A stretch of 20,000 nt of DNA from an uncultured virus (IMG/VR IMGVR_UViG_3300024313_000600) (lineage: Duplodnaviria; Heunggongvirae; Uroviricota; Caudoviricetes), in the IMG/VR virus record IMGVR_UViG_3300024313_000600; one strand, 5' to 3'. The notes beneath the pieces are model-generated. The model saw nothing but the letters and a program-made list of their open reading frames with translations. It was not told where the DNA came from and did no database searches. Below are positions 16,617-20,000 of the stretch, piece after piece (the stretch's first letter is position 1; each line of letters starts with the position of its first letter). The translations under genes and the position numbers were made by a program.

Positions 16617-16874
16617 ATGAAGAATCTAAAATACATACCAAAAGACTACCTGCAAGACTTCCTTGTGGGTATGTCTAATTATGATACCGAAACTCTTTTA
16701 ACCGATCTAAGCGTTTGTGAACTTTTGGATGGAAAAGTACCGGAAGATCATAATCCTGATGTACCTCCATACCAGGCAGCCGAAGCATTCTTGGTTCTTT
16801 TTCAAGAAAGGGAAGAATATGAATTATGTACAATGATTCTAAAGAAGTGGCCTAAACTTAAAAACGAGGAATAG
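16617..16874 (+). CDS. Hypothetical protein with a C-terminal UVR-like EEYELC motif
   Basis: 85 aa; FQEREEYELCTMIL. Confidence 0.65.
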   Translation: MKNLKYIPKDYLQDFLVGMSNYDTETLLTDLSVCELLDGKVPEDHNPDVPPYQAAEAFLVLFQEREEYELCTMILKKWPKLKNEE

Positions 16875-17032
16875 TGATATTAGATTTTCTAGGCATATTA
16901 TTCATTTTACTTTTAAGCTTTGTTTTTCACTGCGTTGTATGGGAAGATGACTGGGTTAAAGAATGGTATTGGAAAACTCTAATTGGTGGCTCTATTTTAC
17001 TCGTAGCCTTTATGGCAATAATGGGATACTAA
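16874..17032 (+). CDS. Small two-TM membrane protein (52 aa, GTG start; not in the ORF track)
   Basis: Manual translation MILDFLGILFILLLSFVFHCVVWEDDWVKEWYWKTLIGGSILLVAFMAIMGY; start overlaps the upstream TAG. Confidence 0.6.
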   Translation: MILDFLGILFILLLSFVFHCVVWEDDWVKEWYWKTLIGGSILLVAFMAIMGY

Positions 17033-17057
17033 AATTAATAACTAAAAAACGGAAATT

Positions 17058-17279
17058 ATGTCAACAGAATTAAACACACTTAAAGGAAAATTCCACAGTA
17101 CTAAAACTGGTAAATTGGAAAACACTGAATTGTCATTGACAAGATTCAGCGGAGGAAAAGAAGGTATGAAACTTCAATTAACATTGAGAGACCAAGGAGA
17201 CTTCTTTACTCACATTGCTCTTAACAAGGAAGAGCTTAAAACTTTAGTTAAAGAAATCCAAGAAAATTTTGATATCTAA
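17058..17279 (+). CDS. Hypothetical protein
   Basis: 73 aa; leader TAAAAAACGGAAATTATG identical to that of ORF 17380. Confidence 0.75.
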   Translation: MSTELNTLKGKFHSTKTGKLENTELSLTRFSGGKEGMKLQLTLRDQGDFFTHIALNKEELKTLVKEIQENFDI

Positions 17280-17349
17280 ATTGTTAATAACTTTTAGAAA
17301 AAAGTCCTAGAAATATTTTCAATTCCCAACAAAATTGATTATATTTATA
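17275..17349 (+). repeat. 75-bp direct repeat, copy 2, containing a class A promoter motif (17317-17346)
   Basis: Same length as 16104-16178, offset 1171 bp. Confidence 0.9.
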
Positions 17350-17379
17350 TTATATAAAAACAATTAAAAAACGGAAATT

Positions 17380-17688
17380 ATGGCTACAATTACAATTCAC
17401 GCACAGTACTACGAAAATTACTCTGACACGGCAACTCCTTACTGGAAGCCTAAAGGTGGTCAGGTATTTGAAATTGAAAATATCTTAGGTGATATGATCA
17501 TGTATGCGGATGATCTGAAAGAGGTACTTACAAACCTCGTTGCTGCAAAAAGCAATGAACATTACAAATATGAATACCGAGAGCATGAAGTTGACTTTAT
17601 GGGTAAGGATTTATCAATCACAGCTGAAATGCTGACAAAAGAAATTAGAAATCAATTTAATAAAGAAGAGAACTATGAACTTTCATAA
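17380..17688 (+). CDS. Hypothetical protein
   Basis: 102 aa; QYYENY...PYWKPKGG motif; downstream of repeat copy 2. Confidence 0.75.
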   Translation: MATITIHAQYYENYSDTATPYWKPKGGQVFEIENILGDMIMYADDLKEVLTNLVAAKSNEHYKYEYREHEVDFMGKDLSITAEMLTKEIRNQFNKEENYELS

Positions 17689-18037
17689 CATTATATTTAA
17701 AAGAGAAGATGGGTTAGGTGGATTCAGATCTACCACTCATTTTCAAAACGGACTAAAATTATCCGTATCCGCAGGCTTCGGAGTATACTCTACACCCAGA
17801 GAAGACCTCTCCAGTATAAATCAATTCTTATCATTTGAGATCGGTATTTTTGATTCAGATGGAGAATGGGTAACTAAAGAATTCTTCCCTGATCATAATG
17901 ATGATGTTGTAGGATGGTTAAGCAGAGATGAGATTAATGATCTTATGAATAGAATTGCTAATCATGGTAAACCACAAAAAGACATACCTGGATTTGAAGG
18001 TACTTTAGATCAACTTAATAAACTTAATATACGATGA
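17675..18037 (+). CDS. Hypothetical protein
   Basis: 120 aa, overlapping its neighbours; YSTPRE, FEIGIFD, DDVVGWLS motifs. Confidence 0.7.
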   Translation: MNFHNIIFKREDGLGGFRSTTHFQNGLKLSVSAGFGVYSTPREDLSSINQFLSFEIGIFDSDGEWVTKEFFPDHNDDVVGWLSRDEINDLMNRIANHGKPQKDIPGFEGTLDQLNKLNIR

Positions 18038-18270
18038 GCAGATATACAGCAACAATGACAATTTACATCGATGCTTACAATGATAAGCACGCAGTATCAA
18101 AAGCTAAACTAATAGCAGAACGAGAGAGGTACAACTGGCCAAACCAGGACTGTGCATTGGAGAAATTGCATAGTACACCATTTGCATCATTTAGTATTAG
18201 AGAAGTGGATATTAATAAAGTGGAGTGTTCTTCTACTTTAGACAACGAATGGGCTAACGAATCAGAATAA
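18034..18270 (+). CDS. Hypothetical protein
   Basis: 78 aa; ATGA overlap with the upstream gene. Confidence 0.65.
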   Translation: MSRYTATMTIYIDAYNDKHAVSKAKLIAERERYNWPNQDCALEKLHSTPFASFSIREVDINKVECSSTLDNEWANESE

Positions 18271-18273
18271 GGT

Positions 18274-18564
18274 ATGGGTAAGATTAAACTTGTATCTCAT
18301 ATGGGAATTGCCTTTGCTAACATAGGTGGGCAAAAATACTTATTTCCTGGATGGATTCCTGTAGAAGATCATATTTCTTTTGATGATGTTGAGGTTACAA
18401 ACCCTTATGATAACATAAAAAAGGAAATATTTCAAGTTACAGGCTCAACTGGGAATAAATATACTGTTACTAAAAATGGTAACCGATTAAGTTGTGACTG
18501 TCCTGCAGGAAAATTTAGAGGAACATGTAAACATTCTAAACAAATTGCTGCAGAATTGCCATAG
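18274..18564 (+). CDS. SWIM zinc-finger protein
   Basis: GSTGNKYTV...SCDCPAGKFRGTCKH matches the CxC-xn-CxH SWIM pattern. Confidence 0.8.
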   Translation: MGKIKLVSHMGIAFANIGGQKYLFPGWIPVEDHISFDDVEVTNPYDNIKKEIFQVTGSTGNKYTVTKNGNRLSCDCPAGKFRGTCKHSKQIAAELP

Positions 18565-18591
18565 CTTAGTTAAAAATAATTTTAATCAACA

Positions 18592-18783
18592 ATGGAAAAA
18601 GTTAAAGAAATTTTTGGAAAAGTCGTAAGTTGGATTGACACAAAAGGATTTTCTGCATTGGCATCATTAGGTATTGGTGCAGGTTTGTGGATATTCGGTT
18701 ATAAGATTTATGCAGGAATTGCATTTGGCGTATTCTTAACTAGAAACTGGGATCTCCTAAGAGGTTTAGTAACTAAGAAGTAA
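18592..18783 (+). CDS. Small membrane protein
   Basis: 63 aa; hydrophobic GFSALASLGIGAGLWIFG and IYAGIAFGVFL. Confidence 0.7.
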   Translation: MEKVKEIFGKVVSWIDTKGFSALASLGIGAGLWIFGYKIYAGIAFGVFLTRNWDLLRGLVTKK

Positions 18784-18789
18784 ATTTAA

Positions 18790-18826
18790 AAAGGATCTGG
18801 GTATTTTACCTGGATCCTTTATTTTT
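18790..18826 (+). terminator. Intrinsic terminator
   Basis: 14-bp stem AAAGGATCTGGGTA / TACCTGGATCCTTT (two G-U pairs), TTT loop, followed by ATTTTT. Confidence 0.8.
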
Positions 18827-18830
18827 GTAG

Positions 18831-18838
18831 AATAAATA
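18831..18838 (+). promoter_or_regulatory. Putative late promoter AATAAATA
   Basis: Immediately after the terminator, 21 nt before ATG 18860. Confidence 0.55.
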
Positions 18839-18859
18839 ATAAAACAAGATAACATAAAA

Positions 18860-19216
18860 ATGGAAAACTTACACACATTTGAATCCCTTAATGAAGCTAA
18901 GAAATTAGACACGATTAAAAAGCAAGTTTTGGATTTTGCTGAAAAGAACGGTAAATCTAAATGGGGAGACTTACAAAAACATATCTTAACTCTTAAAGGA
19001 TTAGATCCAAAAGATAGAGATAACCGTGGTCAATTTTCATCTTATTTTTCAGGAGGTTCTTCATGGCAATCAAAAGGAAAGGATACTAAATTAGGAAGAG
19101 ACGCAAACTCACACGGCTTACTAATGAGACCTACTAAACAAGATCCTCGTTACTTAGAAAAAGACGGTAAAGATTATATCGTAAAGGTATGGGATGGAAA
19201 ATCTAAATTATCATAA
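18860..19216 (+). CDS. Putative head-internal protein (basic)
   Basis: N-terminus MENLHTFESLNE|AKK carries the same motif family. Confidence 0.65.
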   Translation: MENLHTFESLNEAKKLDTIKKQVLDFAEKNGKSKWGDLQKHILTLKGLDPKDRDNRGQFSSYFSGGSSWQSKGKDTKLGRDANSHGLLMRPTKQDPRYLEKDGKDYIVKVWDGKSKLS

Positions 19217-19217
19217 T

Positions 19218-19544
19218 ATGAAAAACTTCAATGAATTTATAAATGAAGCGGTAAACTATAAAGATCGTAGTGGTAAACCGTTTAAGATAAAAGGTATGAG
19301 CTTTATTTATACTGAACAAGGTGGTAGATTTTATGGAACATATCTATATGATGTAGCTAAAACTTCTAATGTTCAACATACTTCAAAGATATCTCTAGAT
19401 GATACTAATAAATTATTAAAGTCAATAGGTATTAAAGGAGAAGTACCTAGTTCTTATGGACCAAGTCTTTTAGATAAAATTTGTAAAGAATTAAAAAAGA
19501 AAGGTGTTGTCTGTGACCATGGAGATTACATGGATGTATCCTAA
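19218..19544 (+). CDS. Putative head-internal protein
   Basis: Start re-called at ATG 19218: MKNFNEFINE, 6/10 identical to the T4 CTS MKTYQEFIAE; 1 nt after the upstream stop. Confidence 0.7.
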   Translation: MKNFNEFINEAVNYKDRSGKPFKIKGMSFIYTEQGGRFYGTYLYDVAKTSNVQHTSKISLDDTNKLLKSIGIKGEVPSSYGPSLLDKICKELKKKGVVCDHGDYMDVS

Positions 19545-19570
19545 ATATATAAAAAAATTAATCTAAAGAT

Positions 19571-20000
19571 ATGAAATATATTAAAGGCTTTGATAAAATT
19601 ATCGAAAGCAAATCAAACGAAGAAACTGAATTGAATGAAGCAGTAAATGCCTCAGGTTATCTTAAAGCTGGTAAATTAGGTGTGAATGACCAATTCTTAG
19701 GAAGAAGATCTTTAGCATGGACATTATCAGTTGATCTAGGATTAAAAGCAACTGATGAATTCGTTGGCCCATGGCTAGGATTTGATCATGTATCAATGTA
19801 TGCTATCGGTAAAAAAGGAGGAACTATTTTAGATGATGCATTAACTAACAAATATACCTATGAAGAATTAAAATCTGCTGCTGCAAAGTATTTAGGAATT
19901 GAAGAATCTGTTAATGAAAATGCAAAGGCAACTGCAAAAGAAATCTTTGATGAATTAATGGATGTAAACGGTGAAGAGATTGCTGACATGGATAAATCTG
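19571..20000 (+). CDS. Putative head-packaged modular polyprotein, 3'-truncated (not in the ORF track)
   Basis: Manual translation MKYIKGFDKIIESKSNEETELNE|AVNASGYLKAGKLG...KYLGIEESVNE|NAKATAKEIFDE..., open to the window end; AATATATA at 19544-19551 upstream. Confidence 0.75.
   Translation, partial: MKYIKGFDKIIESKSNEETELNEAVNASGYLKAGKLGVNDQFLGRRSLAWTLSVDLGLKATDEFVGPWLGFDHVSMYAIGKKGGTILDDALTNKYTYEELKSAAAKYLGIEESVNENAKATAKEIFDELMDVNGEEIADMDKS

Noticed and set aside
16104..17349. Direct repeats as a CRISPR array or as att/IS ends
   Set aside because: Only two copies, 1.17 kb apart with genes between them; no cas, integrase or transposase in the window
1..20000. Stop-codon reassignment as seen in some large phages
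   Set aside because: Known genes (clpC, thyA, uvsE) are uninterrupted in the standard code, and TAA, TAG and TGA all end ORFs at sensible boundaries

Overview
AT-rich, gene-dense window in which every credible gene is on the + strand. It is most consistent with a large T4-like or jumbo lytic phage genome, probably with a Bacteroidota host (inferred from A-rich, mostly Shine-Dalgarno-less gene starts). It has four blocks. (1) Two hypotheticals and a GT-A glycosyltransferase (1-1569). (2) A putative late block (1608-7401, resuming 18860-20000) of proteins that all begin with a T4 capsid-targeting-sequence-like peptide (e.g. MKNFNEFINE vs T4 MKTYQEFIAE). Several are split internally by repeated E-S-[VIL]-[NTD]-E motifs, so they look like head-packaged, protease-processed modular polyproteins, and one carries an HTH plus AAA+ ATPase. 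(3) A metabolic/auxiliary block: cupin, N-domain-less ClpC-type ATPase, IMPDH/GMP-reductase-family enzyme, mini-CorA, KpsS-like and GT4 glycosyltransferases, thyA and uvsE. (4) An early-type cluster of small hypothetical genes with a 75-bp promoter-containing direct repeat, ending at an intrinsic terminator. Three recurring promoter-like motifs track these blocks. No tRNA, rRNA, CRISPR array or transposase was recognised. All family calls are from motif recognition by eye; no database searches were run.
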